From an uncultured Gammaproteobacteria bacterium (GTDB lineage: Bacteria; Pseudomonadota; Gammaproteobacteria; DRLM01): a stretch of 64,000 bases of DNA. The notes beneath the pieces are model-generated. The model was not told the origin of the DNA and did no database searches. It saw only the letters and a list, made by a program, of their open reading frames with translations. The position numbers were made by a program, and so were the translations under genes. The DNA lies in NCBI GenBank assembly GCA_963729605.1, contig CAVSNY010000007.1, positions 512,001 to 576,000 on the forward strand, in the 5' to 3' direction. Within the stretch, counting starts at the first letter, position 1; each line of letters starts with the position of its first letter. This document shows, one piece after another, positions 41,436-51,502 of the stretch.

Positions 41436-42262
41436 TGAGTGGTTTGAAAAATCCGGCTGACTGGTTGCCGGAGGTGGTGGCCTTGGCCGAGGAGGCGGGA
41501 CGCAAGATCATGGAGGTCTACGCCCGCGGTTTCGACATCGAGCAAAAACACGACCGCTCGCCGCTCACCGAGGCGGACATGGCCGCCCATCACGTCATCA
41601 ACGCCGGCCTGAATAAACTGGCCCCCGGGGTGCCGGTGTTGTCCGAGGAAGCGGCCGACATCCCTTACGCCACCCGCGCGCAATGGCGCCGTTATTGGCT
41701 GGTCGATCCCCTCGACGGCACCCGCGAATTCATCAAGCGCAACGGCGAATTCACCGTCAACATCGCCTTGATCGACGAGCAGCGGCCGGTGCTCGGCGTG
41801 ATCTACGTGCCGGTGAGCGGCGTGAATTATTACGCCTGCGCCGGCCAGGGCGCCTACCGCACGGCGCCGGGCGAGGCGGCGCGGGCGATCAAGGTGCGGC
41901 CGTGGCGGGGCGGCCATATCGCGGTGGCCGGCAGCCGCTCCCATCGCGACGAAAGCTTCGACCGTTTCCTCGCGCAATTCCCCGACTACGAGATCATCTC
42001 CATGGGCAGTTCCCTCAAGTCCTGCCTGGTGGCCGAGGGCAAGGCGGATATTTATCCGCGCCTGGGTCCCACCTCGGAATGGGACACCGCCGCCGCGCAG
42101 TGCGTGGTGGAAGAGGCGGGCGGCAAATTGCTGGATCTGCGCTTGGCGCCCCTGCGTTATAACACCAAGGATTCCCTACTCAATCCCTCCTTCATCGTCT
42201 GCGGCGACACCCGCCACGATTGGGCGAAATACCTGTCGGCGGAGATCGTCGGACCCGGCTGA
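41435..42262 (+). CDS. cysQ: 3'(2'),5'-bisphosphate nucleotidase CysQ
   Basis: SPLTEAD, LSEE, LVDPLDGTREF and EWDTAA; TAATG coupling to nudE. Confidence 0.96.
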   Translation: MSGLKNPADWLPEVVALAEEAGRKIMEVYARGFDIEQKHDRSPLTEADMAAHHVINAGLNKLAPGVPVLSEEAADIPYATRAQWRRYWLVDPLDGTREFIKRNGEFTVNIALIDEQRPVLGVIYVPVSGVNYYACAGQGAYRTAPGEAARAIKVRPWRGGHIAVAGSRSHRDESFDRFLAQFPDYEIISMGSSLKSCLVAEGKADIYPRLGPTSEWDTAAAQCVVEEAGGKLLDLRLAPLRYNTKDSLLNPSFIVCGDTRHDWAKYLSAEIVGPG

Positions 42263-42291
42263 GCCTCCGGATCGCCGCCGCGGCCCCGCGC

Positions 42292-44934
42292 TCAGGGGAA
42301 GACGGATGACGAGGCCGGCAGCCGGATGATCCGGGTATTTTGCAGGACGGCGTGGGTGGCGGCGGTGTCGATGGGCCGATAAAACAAATAACCTTGCGCG
42401 GAATCGCAGCCGTAGGCGCGCAGGAAGGCCAGTTGTTCCGGTGTCTCGACACCCTCGGCGACCACGTAGAGGTCGAGGGCATGGGTGAGGTTGATGATCG
42501 ACTCCACGATGCGGGCGTTGCGGCGGTTCTCGGTCATGTCGGCGACGAAGCTGCGGTCGATCTTGAGTGAATCCACCGGCAGCCGCGCCAGGTAGTTCAA
42601 CGACGAATAGCCGGTGCCGAAGTCGTCGATGGTGAATTTGACCCCGATCTCGCGCAGGGCGTGCATGACCTTCAGGGCATTGTCGATGTCGGGCATCACC
42701 GCGCTTTCGGTGATTTCGAGCTTGAGCAATTCCGGCGCGACGCCGGTGCGGCCGATGATGTCGGAGATCATGGTGTGAATCTCGGGGTGGCGCAATTGGC
42801 GGGGCGATAGATTCACCGACATGACGATCGACAAGCCTTCGTCGTGCCATTGCTTGGCGAGATAACAGGCCGCCTCCAACACCCAGTTGCCGATGGCGAC
42901 GATCATGCCGGTCTCTTCCGCGAGCGGAATGAAGTCGAGCGGCGAGATCAGGCGGCCGTCATCGCCGCGCCAGCGGATCAAGGCCTCCACGCCGATGATC
43001 GCGTCGGCATCGAGCGACACCTGGGGCTGAAAGAACAGCTCGAATTGTTCTTTTATCAAGGCCTGATGCAGACGCGACTCGATGCTCAAACGGCTCTTCG
43101 CCAGCGCATTCATGTCCGCCGTATAAAATTGATAGGCGTTGCCGCCGGTGTCCTGCACCCGGGCCAGGGCGGTGCCGGCGTCGCGCAGCAGGCTCTCCGC
43201 GTTGTCGGCGTCTTGGGGAAAGGTGGCGGCGCCGATGCTGATGCTGAGGGTGATGCTTTGCTGGCCGAGGGTGACCGGCGTCGCGAAGGTGTCGGTCAGC
43301 CGTTTCACCAGGCTCACCGCTTCGTCCAATTCCCGCAGCCCGATCATGAGCAAGGCGAACTGATTGCCGCCGACCCGCGCCGCGGTGTAGAACTCGCCGG
43401 CCAGCGCGCTGCTGCGCAGCGCCACTTCCTGAATCAGATTTTCGCCTTCGCGGATCCCCAGGCTTTGCTCCACGGTCTCGTATTGGTCGATGCTGAAAGT
43501 GACGATGGCGACCATGGCGTGGTCGTGACGCGCGGCGCGGATGGCCTGCCCGGTCCGTTCCAACAGCAGTTTTTGGTTGGCAAGGCCGGTGGCGCGGTCG
43601 TGATAGGTGAGGAATTCGAGTTTTTGCTCGGCGTGTTTGCGGTCGGTGATGTCGAGAATCAAACCATCCCAGACGATGCTGCCGTCCCCTTGGGGCGGCC
43701 GCGGCCGCGAACGGCCGTGTATCCAGCGGATCGCCCGATTTTTATGTTGGACGCGAATCTCCATTTCCCAAGGGGCCAGATTGGCGGCCGAGGTTTCCAC
43801 CGATTGAATCAGCGGCACGCGGTCTTCCGGAAAAATACTGCTCAATAAGAAATTGGGATTGCGCATCGCCTCTTCTGACGAATAGCCATAGAGATCCTCG
43901 ACCGCGCGGCTGATGTAAGGGATAGAGTAGCGCCCGTCCGCCGCGCGCTTGAATTGATAAATCACGCCGGGGACGTGATCGGCCAGGCTGGAGAGCAGGG
44001 CCTCGCGTTCGCGGAGGGTCTCGGTGGTGATCAGGCGTTGAAAGGCGCCGCTCAGTTGATTGGCCACCGCCACCAGGATGCGGCTGATGCGGGCGTCGGG
44101 CCGCAGCGTGCGGCTGGTGAAGAAGCTCAATAAAGTAATCGGTTTGCCGTTGTGTCCGATTATGGGTAGCACCAGCCCCGCGCGCAGCCCGGCCTGCGCG
44201 GCGCTGGCCTGGCGCGAAAAACGCGGCGGCGGGACGCGCTGCAAATCCTTCACATAACGGGTCTTGCCGGAGATCCACGACCAGCCCGCCAGATCCTCGC
44301 CGCGCCGCAGCACTTGGCTTTCGCCTTGTTGGCGAAATTCCTTGAAGCGCTGGCGGTCGCCCCACCAAATGGGCGAGCAGCGCAGGGTGTCGGTGTCGGG
44401 ATCGGGGACCCAGGCCTCGCCGTAATCCCAGTTGAGCTCGATGCCCATGGCCCGTAGCGCCTCTTGCAGGACGTAGTCCGAGTCGTCGGAGATCGAAGCG
44501 GATTGGGCGATCTGCAACAATAAATGGACTTCACTCTCCGAGCGTTGGCGGGCGCGGCGGATCTCGGCCTCGCGCAGTTCCCGCAAGATGGCCGGACCGA
44601 GGCGGGCGAGCTGATTTTTCAAGATGTAATCGTGGGCGCCGTCGCGCATCATGGCGACCGCGACGTCTTCACCGATGGTGCCGGAGACCACGATGAAAGG
44701 GATGTCGAGATCCAGACTTTTCAGCACGCCGAGGGCGGCCGGCGCGCTGAAGCGGGGCATGGTGTAATCGCAGAGGATGAGGTCGGGTTCGCTCTGCAGC
44801 GCCTCGCGGAAACGCACTTCATCCTCCACCCGCTGCATCTCGTATTCGATGCCGTATTCGGTGAGCGTCAGGCAGCATAACTCGACGTCGTATTCGTTGT
44901 CCTCGACGGCGAGGATTTTCAGTTTCTTTTTCAT
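42292..44934 (-). CDS. REC-GAF-PAS-degenerate GGDEF-EAL protein (predicted c-di-GMP phosphodiesterase)
   Basis: Receiver VEDN..CDYTMP, GAF, PAS, GGNQF in place of GGDEF, intact EALIRW and [10 protein letters not shown]; ATGA overlap with the upstream regulator. Confidence 0.92.
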   Translation of the reverse strand: MKKKLKILAVEDNEYDVELCCLTLTEYGIEYEMQRVEDEVRFREALQSEPDLILCDYTMPRFSAPAALGVLKSLDLDIPFIVVSGTIGEDVAVAMMRDGAHDYILKNQLARLGPAILRELREAEIRRARQRSESEVHLLLQIAQSASISDDSDYVLQEALRAMGIELNWDYGEAWVPDPDTDTLRCSPIWWGDRQRFKEFRQQGESQVLRRGEDLAGWSWISGKTRYVKDLQRVPPPRFSRQASAAQAGLRAGLVLPIIGHNGKPITLLSFFTSRTLRPDARISRILVAVANQLSGAFQRLITTETLREREALLSSLADHVPGVIYQFKRAADGRYSIPYISRAVEDLYGYSSEEAMRNPNFLLSSIFPEDRVPLIQSVETSAANLAPWEMEIRVQHKNRAIRWIHGRSRPRPPQGDGSIVWDGLILDITDRKHAEQKLEFLTYHDRATGLANQKLLLERTGQAIRAARHDHAMVAIVTFSIDQYETVEQSLGIREGENLIQEVALRSSALAGEFYTAARVGGNQFALLMIGLRELDEAVSLVKRLTDTFATPVTLGQQSITLSISIGAATFPQDADNAESLLRDAGTALARVQDTGGNAYQFYTADMNALAKSRLSIESRLHQALIKEQFELFFQPQVSLDADAIIGVEALIRWRGDDGRLISPLDFIPLAEETGMIVAIGNWVLEAACYLAKQWHDEGLSIVMSVNLSPRQLRHPEIHTMISDIIGRTGVAPELLKLEITESAVMPDIDNALKVMHALREIGVKFTIDDFGTGYSSLNYLARLPVDSLKIDRSFVADMTENRRNARIVESIINLTHALDLYVVAEGVETPEQLAFLRAYGCDSAQGYLFYRPIDTAATHAVLQNTRIIRLPASSSVFP

Positions 44935-45386
44935 GAAGCCGGTCGGCTCGGCGGCGCGACTTCGTTGAGGAGCAGCCAATACAATCCCAGCTGGCCGACG
45001 CATTCGAGGAAACGTTCGAAATCCACCGGCTTGCGCAGATAGCTGTTGGCCCCCAGTGAATAACTGCGGAGGATGTCTTCTTCTTCCTTGGACGAGGTCA
45101 AGACCACCACCGGAATGAGTTTGGTGCGGGGATCGTTGCGGATCCGTTGCAGTACCTCCAGGCCGCTGACCTTGGGCAGTTTGAGATCGAGCAGGATTAC
45201 CGCCAGATCCTGCGTGAAGCTTTTGCCGGTGAAATGGCCTTGTTCGAACAGGAAGTCCAAGGCCTCCGCGCCGTCGCGGACGATTTCCACGCGGTTGAGA
45301 ATATTGTTCTTCTTGAGGGCGAGTAAAGTGAGTTCTTCATCGTCTGGATTGTCTTCAACCAACAGGATGGCCTTGGCGTGACTCAT
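44931..45386 (-). CDS. Single-domain response regulator
   Basis: [23 protein letters not shown] and GANSYLRKP. Confidence 0.95.
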   Translation of the reverse strand: MSHAKAILLVEDNPDDEELTLLALKKNNILNRVEIVRDGAEALDFLFEQGHFTGKSFTQDLAVILLDLKLPKVSGLEVLQRIRNDPRTKLIPVVVLTSSKEEEDILRSYSLGANSYLRKPVDFERFLECVGQLGLYWLLLNEVAPPSRPAS

Positions 45387-47707
45387 TGCGGATCTCCTAT
45401 GCCGGGAATGTAAATGAAGAGGGTGGTGCCTTTGCCGACCTCGGCCTCGGCCCATACCCGTCCGCCGTGTTTGGCGATGACGCGGTGCACGGTGGCGAGC
45501 CCGATGCCGGTGCCTTCGAACTCCGATGTGGAATGCAGGCGTTGGAAGGCGCCGAATAATTTATTGCTGTAAGTCATGTCGAAGCCGGCACCGTTGTCCT
45601 TTATATATAAAACCGCTTGTTCATCGATGACGCGGACGCCGATCTCGATATGCGCGGGGTCCCGCTCGCGGGTGAACTTCCAGGCGTTTTCGATGAGGTT
45701 GCGCCAGACGATTTCCATGAGGGCGGTGTCGGCGACGGCGTGGAGGGCGGGGGCGATGACGGTCTGCACATTGCGTTCCGGGTAGGCGCTCTGCTGTTCC
45801 ATAGTGATGCGCTGGGTCATGGCGGTGATGTCGATTGGGCCGGGCGTGATTTCGGTACGGGTGACCCGCGACAATTTCAACATGTCATCGATGAGTTGTC
45901 CCATGCGTTGGCTGGCGTTGCGTACCCGGCCCAAGTAATTCTGTCCCTGGGCGTCGAGGTGAGCGGCATGATCACTCATGAGGGCCTTGCTGAAGCCGTC
46001 GATGGCGCGCAGCGGCGCGCGCAGGTCGTGGGAGACCGAATAGGAAAAGGCTTCGAGTTCGCGGTTGGCCGCTTCGAGTTGGGCGGTGCGCTCCTGGACG
46101 CGGCGTTCGAGATTTTCGTTGAGGTGTCTGATCTCGGTTTCCGCCCGCTTGCGGTCGGTGATGTCGCGCAGGTAGCCGGTAAAATAGCGGCGCTCCGAGA
46201 CTTGTATCAGGGAAATGGCCAGCTCGACCGGAAAAATGCCGCCGTCTTGTCGGCGCGCGGTCATCTCCAGGCGTCGGCCTATCACCGAACCTTTGCCGGT
46301 TCGCAGATAATGCTCGAGTCCGCGTTGGTGGGCCGAACGCAGTTCCGGCGGGATCATGATCTCGGCCAAGGGCTTGCCGATGACCTGATCACGGCGATAA
46401 CCGAAAGTGCGTTCGGCCGCGGGATTAAACTCGATGATGTTGCCTTGGTCATCCATGCTGACGATGCAGTCGAACGCCGATTCGAACATGGCGCGGATGC
46501 GCGTCTCGCTGTCGCGCAGCGCGCGGGCATTGCGTTCCCGCTCGGTAATATCGTTGATCAGGAATAAATGGGCCGGGGTGGCCTTCCAACTGATTTCATG
46601 CCAGGTGAGCTCGACGTCGACCCGGCTGCCGTCCTTGCGCAAATGATGGGTGAGGGTGGGCCGCGGATTGAGCGAGGTCTTGAACGCATGCGCCGTAGCG
46701 GACCGGGCCGGTTGGACGAGGGTTTCCGGCATGACCTTGTCGATTTTCATGACCAGGAATTCGGCTTCGCTGTAACCGTAGTGCAACACCGCGGCGCGAT
46801 TCACCGCGAGAAATCGCCGCGAGTCCCAGTTGACGATCCACATCGGCAAGGGGCTTTCCTCGAACAGCAGGCGATAGTCGTGCTCTCTGGCCTGCAAGGC
46901 GTCCTGCGCCTGTACGCGCTGATGGATTTCTTGATCGAGTTCGGTGATTTTTCGTTCGAGATCGGCCTGAGCGGCCGAGAGTTCCCGGTCGCGGCTCTCG
47001 ATTTCACCGAGCATGTCGTTGAAACCGTCGACCAGTCTGCCGAGTTCGTCGTTACCGTGGCGGCGGGCGCGCAGCGAGTAGTGTTTGCTGGCGGTGACCC
47101 GGCTCATGGTATCGAGCAGGGAAGAGATGGGCTGGGTCAAGATGCGCTGGGTCTTGACCGCGGCCCAGGTCGCGGCGATCAGCACCAGGATCATCAGCGA
47201 CAGGGTGAAGGTGAGGAAACCCACCACATTCTCCTGCCATTCCAGGGTGTCGCCGACGAGTTGGAGTTGGCCCAGGCGTTGGTTCTGGTGGACGATGGGC
47301 GTCGAGACCGTGATGAAGGCGGGAAACCATTCGTCGGAATCGGACGCCGGCGGGTCGGCGCTTTGCCCGCGGCTGTAGCGCGCGAAGATTTTTTGATTTT
47401 GATCGAAAACCATGGCCTGGGTGATATGGGGGTGCACGCGCAGCGCGGATAAAACTTCGTTGGCGGCGGACGGATCGTTGAAAGCGAGGGCGGCCTTGCT
47501 GTTTTCGGCGAGTACGCCGGCGATGATGGCGAGCGATTGCTGGAGATCGCGCTCGAATTGCAGGCGGTTTTGCAGCAACAGTCCCGCCGCGGCCAGCAAT
47601 AAACACGTGGCACTGATGTAGATGATGATTTGCACCAGCTTCCATTTGATGGAGGTGGCCCTGGCCGACAGCGCTTGCGAACGGTCGGCGGAGATCAGCG
47701 CATTCAT
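45383..47707 (-). CDS. Sensor histidine kinase: TM-CHASE8(YfiN-like)-TM-HAMP-PAS-PAS-HisKA-HATPase
   Basis: Periplasmic AALAFNDPSAANEVL, HAMP DELGRLVDGFNDML, SYSVSHDLRAPL, DNGAGFD and GTGIGLA. Confidence 0.93.
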   Translation of the reverse strand: MNALISADRSQALSARATSIKWKLVQIIIYISATCLLLAAAGLLLQNRLQFERDLQQSLAIIAGVLAENSKAALAFNDPSAANEVLSALRVHPHITQAMVFDQNQKIFARYSRGQSADPPASDSDEWFPAFITVSTPIVHQNQRLGQLQLVGDTLEWQENVVGFLTFTLSLMILVLIAATWAAVKTQRILTQPISSLLDTMSRVTASKHYSLRARRHGNDELGRLVDGFNDMLGEIESRDRELSAAQADLERKITELDQEIHQRVQAQDALQAREHDYRLLFEESPLPMWIVNWDSRRFLAVNRAAVLHYGYSEAEFLVMKIDKVMPETLVQPARSATAHAFKTSLNPRPTLTHHLRKDGSRVDVELTWHEISWKATPAHLFLINDITERERNARALRDSETRIRAMFESAFDCIVSMDDQGNIIEFNPAAERTFGYRRDQVIGKPLAEIMIPPELRSAHQRGLEHYLRTGKGSVIGRRLEMTARRQDGGIFPVELAISLIQVSERRYFTGYLRDITDRKRAETEIRHLNENLERRVQERTAQLEAANRELEAFSYSVSHDLRAPLRAIDGFSKALMSDHAAHLDAQGQNYLGRVRNASQRMGQLIDDMLKLSRVTRTEITPGPIDITAMTQRITMEQQSAYPERNVQTVIAPALHAVADTALMEIVWRNLIENAWKFTRERDPAHIEIGVRVIDEQAVLYIKDNGAGFDMTYSNKLFGAFQRLHSTSEFEGTGIGLATVHRVIAKHGGRVWAEAEVGKGTTLFIYIPGIGDPQ

Positions 47708-48234
47708 GAGACGCCCTCCGCCAGCCTCAAGACTTGCGCGGGGATGCGCAGGCCGGCGCGTTGGGCGGCCTGCTGGTTGACGCGAAACCGCAGCCGGCCG
47801 TCGACGAGCAAAAGGGTGATCATCCCGTCGTCGATCTCGGGATTGCCGGCATCGACGACCGTGAGTATGGGGAGGTTCCTGGTGTCGTCGAGGATGGCGC
47901 GCCCCAAGCCGCCGGTCGGGTTGGTGATGAAGACCAGTTGGCAGTGCTGAACGGTGGCGGCGTTGTTGAGCAGAGTCACGTTCAAACGCCGGTTACCGAT
48001 GTCTTTGCTCTTGGCGTCATTGAGCGCGCGGGCGATTTTAGGGTCGCCGACGATGCACAGATTAAATGCCGAAGCATCGAGCTCGGCGTCGGCTTTCGGC
48101 CATTGGATGAACCGGGCGAAATTAAACAAATAGGCCGCCTTGACCTGGGTCGCGAGGTCGATATCGTCGGCCGCCGCCAACGTGTGGGTAAGAACCGCGC
48201 AACCGAGCGTGATGAAGACGAGTAGACGTTTCAT
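47704..48234 (-). CDS. YfiR-family (DUF4154) periplasmic protein
   Basis: Signal peptide, VKAAYLFNFARFIQWP, Cys pair (LCIVG, HCQLVFI) and RLRFRVN..AA.RAGLRI..VLRLA. Confidence 0.92.
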   Translation of the reverse strand: MKRLLVFITLGCAVLTHTLAAADDIDLATQVKAAYLFNFARFIQWPKADAELDASAFNLCIVGDPKIARALNDAKSKDIGNRRLNVTLLNNAATVQHCQLVFITNPTGGLGRAILDDTRNLPILTVVDAGNPEIDDGMITLLLVDGRLRFRVNQQAAQRAGLRIPAQVLRLAEGVS

Positions 48235-48252
48235 GCAATGTGCCGTGGTTCC

Positions 48253-50139
48253 CTAAAGTTGCAGGATCAATTCGACGAAGCCACTGGGCGCGACCTTGGT
48301 CGCCTCGATGCCGGGTTGTTCGTAATGGGGGCCATGGAACAGGTTTCTGCCGGCCAAGACCCATTCGACTCGAGACGAAAGACGCCAGCCCAGCCGCAGA
48401 TCGGCCACCGTGTAGGCGTCGACGTTCAAGGCGGGCAGTTCGTCCACGTAACGCAGGGTGAGGTCCACTCTGGTGTGCGGCGAAGTTTGCCAGCCGTTGT
48501 GATAACTCGCCTGATGGCGGGGCGCGCCGCCCTGGGTGGTCCGCCGCCGATTGTTGTCGGTGCCGCCGGCGGCGAGCTCGAGGTTGAGATCGAGGTAACT
48601 GTAGGTGAAGTCCATCCGCCAGGCCGGCGTGGGCGTGGCGCGCACGGCGAGTTCAAAACCGTGGGCGTCGCCTTGCATATTGTTGGTGAAGATGCCGTTG
48701 TCGATGGTGGTGAGCCGCGAATAATCGTTGAAAAAAATCGCGGTGTCGATGAAGAGGTCGGGCCGCGGCAAGAGCCGATAACCCACCTGGTAGGCGGTCA
48801 ACAATTCCGAGTTAAAATCGGGATTGCCGCGGGCGTTGGGCGTGATGATGCTGGTCTCGGCGCGGGTCGGCGCGCGCGCGGTGCGGGCGATCGACGCCCA
48901 CAGCGTGTGCGCGGTGTTGGGATACCAGGCGTAGTGAATGCTCGGCTGAATTTCGGTGCCGGAGTAATCGTTGCGTTCCACTTTGCTGCCGATGTCGAGT
49001 TTATGCCGGTCGGGGACCAGCCAGATTTCATCGACCAGGCGCACGCTGTAAGTTTCATCGCTGCGCCGATCTTGCATGACATCCAACAAGGCGGGCGTGA
49101 TGCGGTCGGCGGTGTAGCGATATTCGGCGCCCCAGTTGAGGGTGTGGCGGCCGGTACCGAGCCGGACCCGCTCCTGGTATTCCATGGCGTAGGTGTGGCG
49201 CTTTTCCTTGAGGAAATAATGGTCCACTTCGAACCAGTCGTAATTGGCTTGCAGCCAATTCTGTTTTTTGTCGTCGTTTGGGCTGAGGTCGAGTTTCGCC
49301 AGCAGGTTATAACCGCGATGATTGACTTCGCGCGGCCCGCTCGGACCGAATTCATCGGCGCTGCCTTCATAGGTGTTGCCCTTGATCGTCAACGCGTTAT
49401 TCGAGGCCAGGGTGCTGTCGGTGCGGAAGCCGGCGCGGGCCATTTTATATTCGTCTTGGGCGTTGCTGTTTTGCGGGCTGGGTTCGCGGTGAGTGTATTT
49501 CGCAAAGACCCGGCTCGCGGTCCCGCCGCTGCTGCGCCAGCCTTGGCGGGCGTCGATGAAGCCGCTTTCGATGTTCCCGCCGCCGGTCTCGACATAAGTG
49601 CCCTGCGTATCGTGGGCATGTTTGGTGATGATGTTGATCACGCCGTTGACGGCGTTGACGCCCCATTGGGTGCCGCCCGGGCCGCGGATGACCTCGATGC
49701 GTTCGATGTTTTCCAACATCACGTCGTTGGCCTCCCAGAACACGCCGCCGAAGAACGGATCGTAGATGCTGCGGCCGTCGACCAGCACCAGTAATTTATT
49801 GGCGGTGCGAGTGGCGAAACCGCGGATGCTGACCGCCCATTTGTTGCCGTCGAGACTGGCGACCTGCACGCCCGGAATGATGCGCAGGATGTTCGGTATG
49901 TTGCGCGCGCCGCTGCGGCGGATGTCCTCGGCGGTGAGGACGAAAAGGGCGGCGGGCACTCGAAAGAACGGGTCCTCCGATTTCGACGCGCTGACGACTT
50001 GAATGGCGATCAGCTCTTCCAGGGAGATTCGGCTGATGTCGATTTGCGGTGCGCCCGATGCGTAACGAGAAAAGATGCTCATGAACGCGAGGCTGACCAA
50101 CCCTATTTTCAGGTGCCGACTCATCGGGATTAACGCCAT
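48253..50139 (-). CDS. TonB-dependent outer-membrane receptor
   Basis: SLEELIAIQVVSASK, plug motifs LLVLVDGRS and IERIEVIRGPG..WGVNAVNGVINIITK, beta-barrel with C-terminal NLF. Start uncertain (50196/50139/50124). Confidence 0.93.
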   Translation of the reverse strand: MALIPMSRHLKIGLVSLAFMSIFSRYASGAPQIDISRISLEELIAIQVVSASKSEDPFFRVPAALFVLTAEDIRRSGARNIPNILRIIPGVQVASLDGNKWAVSIRGFATRTANKLLVLVDGRSIYDPFFGGVFWEANDVMLENIERIEVIRGPGGTQWGVNAVNGVINIITKHAHDTQGTYVETGGGNIESGFIDARQGWRSSGGTASRVFAKYTHREPSPQNSNAQDEYKMARAGFRTDSTLASNNALTIKGNTYEGSADEFGPSGPREVNHRGYNLLAKLDLSPNDDKKQNWLQANYDWFEVDHYFLKEKRHTYAMEYQERVRLGTGRHTLNWGAEYRYTADRITPALLDVMQDRRSDETYSVRLVDEIWLVPDRHKLDIGSKVERNDYSGTEIQPSIHYAWYPNTAHTLWASIARTARAPTRAETSIITPNARGNPDFNSELLTAYQVGYRLLPRPDLFIDTAIFFNDYSRLTTIDNGIFTNNMQGDAHGFELAVRATPTPAWRMDFTYSYLDLNLELAAGGTDNNRRRTTQGGAPRHQASYHNGWQTSPHTRVDLTLRYVDELPALNVDAYTVADLRLGWRLSSRVEWVLAGRNLFHGPHYEQPGIEATKVAPSGFVELILQL

Positions 50140-51052
50140 AGTCACCGCTCTTAAAAAATCAGCCGTTGCTGCGTTGATAAATATAACGAGACGCACGCGC
50201 CTCCATTCACCGTTGCCATCGCTTCACTATGTATCAACAGTATTGAGGACGTTCTTCACCTCCGACAACGAATTTGCGTGGCGCGACGCATCGGTTGACT
50301 CGGAATACCTGCCGCCGTCGCGTTGAGGGCGGTACGGCCGTGGCGGGCTCGAGTGAGATGATGGCCCGCGCCGGTGAAAAAACTTGATCCATTGACGAGT
50401 TTTTCCCTTGCGATAGGGAACAGCGCTAGCCCCGTGCGTTGGTTTTTAGTGCTGTTGGAGGTCATGCTCAACTCACGGCTGGAAATTTCGCCGAATAGAT
50501 TTTCCGCGCCGCCTGAGAGGGCGGTTCGCGGGTGATGATTATAGAATTCTCTTTCAAGGACCAGGCCTCATATGATACGTGATGGGCCAGGCGCCATGAT
50601 TCGTACATATATGTTCATCCATCGGTGCGCGTTCCCTGCTGAGTCATCCACCGCCGCGTCCAGGGCCATGGGGCATGAAAACGGTTGATTCCGACACTTA
50701 AGCCACGATATCAACCCATCCCCCGTCATTGGCATCCCGCCATGTTAAAAGACCCCGCCGGCATGCGAGGTCTGAACATCCCATGGCCTATTCAGCGCGC
50801 CGTGGGTGGGACTATAAATCAATAGTCTAAAGCCCGGCCAAATGCAAATTGTCTTTCGTGACCTGGACTTATTGCGTAGTTATTGGGTGGTAATGTAGGC
50901 GTCGCAACGCCGCGGGCGACATGGACAAGCCCTGCGACGGCGGGATGTTAATCGCGTGACCGATGTATAGCCTGTGATGGCGTGGCGTGGGTGCGCCGGT
51001 CAAAGGCGGCCGTGAAATGAATGGTCATGGGTGGAGGAGGCTTGATATTTTA

Positions 51053-51128
51053 TGGTGGCCAGGGACGGAATCGAACCGCCGACACGGGGATTTTCAGTCC
51101 CCTGCTCTACCAACTGAGCTACCTGGCC
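51053..51128 (-). tRNA. tRNA-Phe(GAA)
   Basis: 76-nt cloverleaf GGCCAGGTAGCTCAG...CT-GAA-AA...GGTTCGATT...ACCA. Confidence 0.98.
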
Positions 51129-51142
51129 CCGAGAGAACGCGT

Positions 51143-51171
51143 ATTAAAGCGACTGGGCGGCCTCGAGTCAA
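51143..51171 (-). promoter_or_regulatory. Sigma70-like promoter of tRNA-Phe
   Basis: TTGACT-N17-TTTAAT followed by a GC-rich discriminator, just upstream of the tRNA. Confidence 0.7.
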
Positions 51172-51502
51172 GCCGCGTCGGGGGCCAGGATGCTGAAAAA
51201 TGTTGGGAATTGACCCCGCGTGATGGAAAAAGGCTGGTGAAGTCTCGAAGGCGCGCCGCGCGATATGCGGCGCAGGGCTCTGGGGGGCGTGATGAGCATG
51301 CGGCTCTTGGCATGGATACTGGCCTGCCCAGGCCGATTCGAGTGAAAATAGTCACCAAGCGTTGTAAAGAAGTAAAGGTGGCCGGGGGAGGGCCGGGCAG
51401 TACCCAACTTGGGCCGATGTTTAATGCGGCTTTTAATAATCAAGGAAAAAAATGCAAGCTTCGGTTTCCGGTACGCCCGGACTGTTTTCTGAGCGGAGAT
51501 TG

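Noticed and set aside
50200-51050. c-di-GMP or cobalamin riboswitch upstream of the TonB-dependent receptor
   Set aside because: I could not find the conserved cores by eye; an Rfam scan would be needed to exclude them.
42262-51128. Intact integrative element at tRNA-Phe
   Set aside because: No integrase, and I saw no duplicate of the tRNA 3' end near the cysQ boundary.
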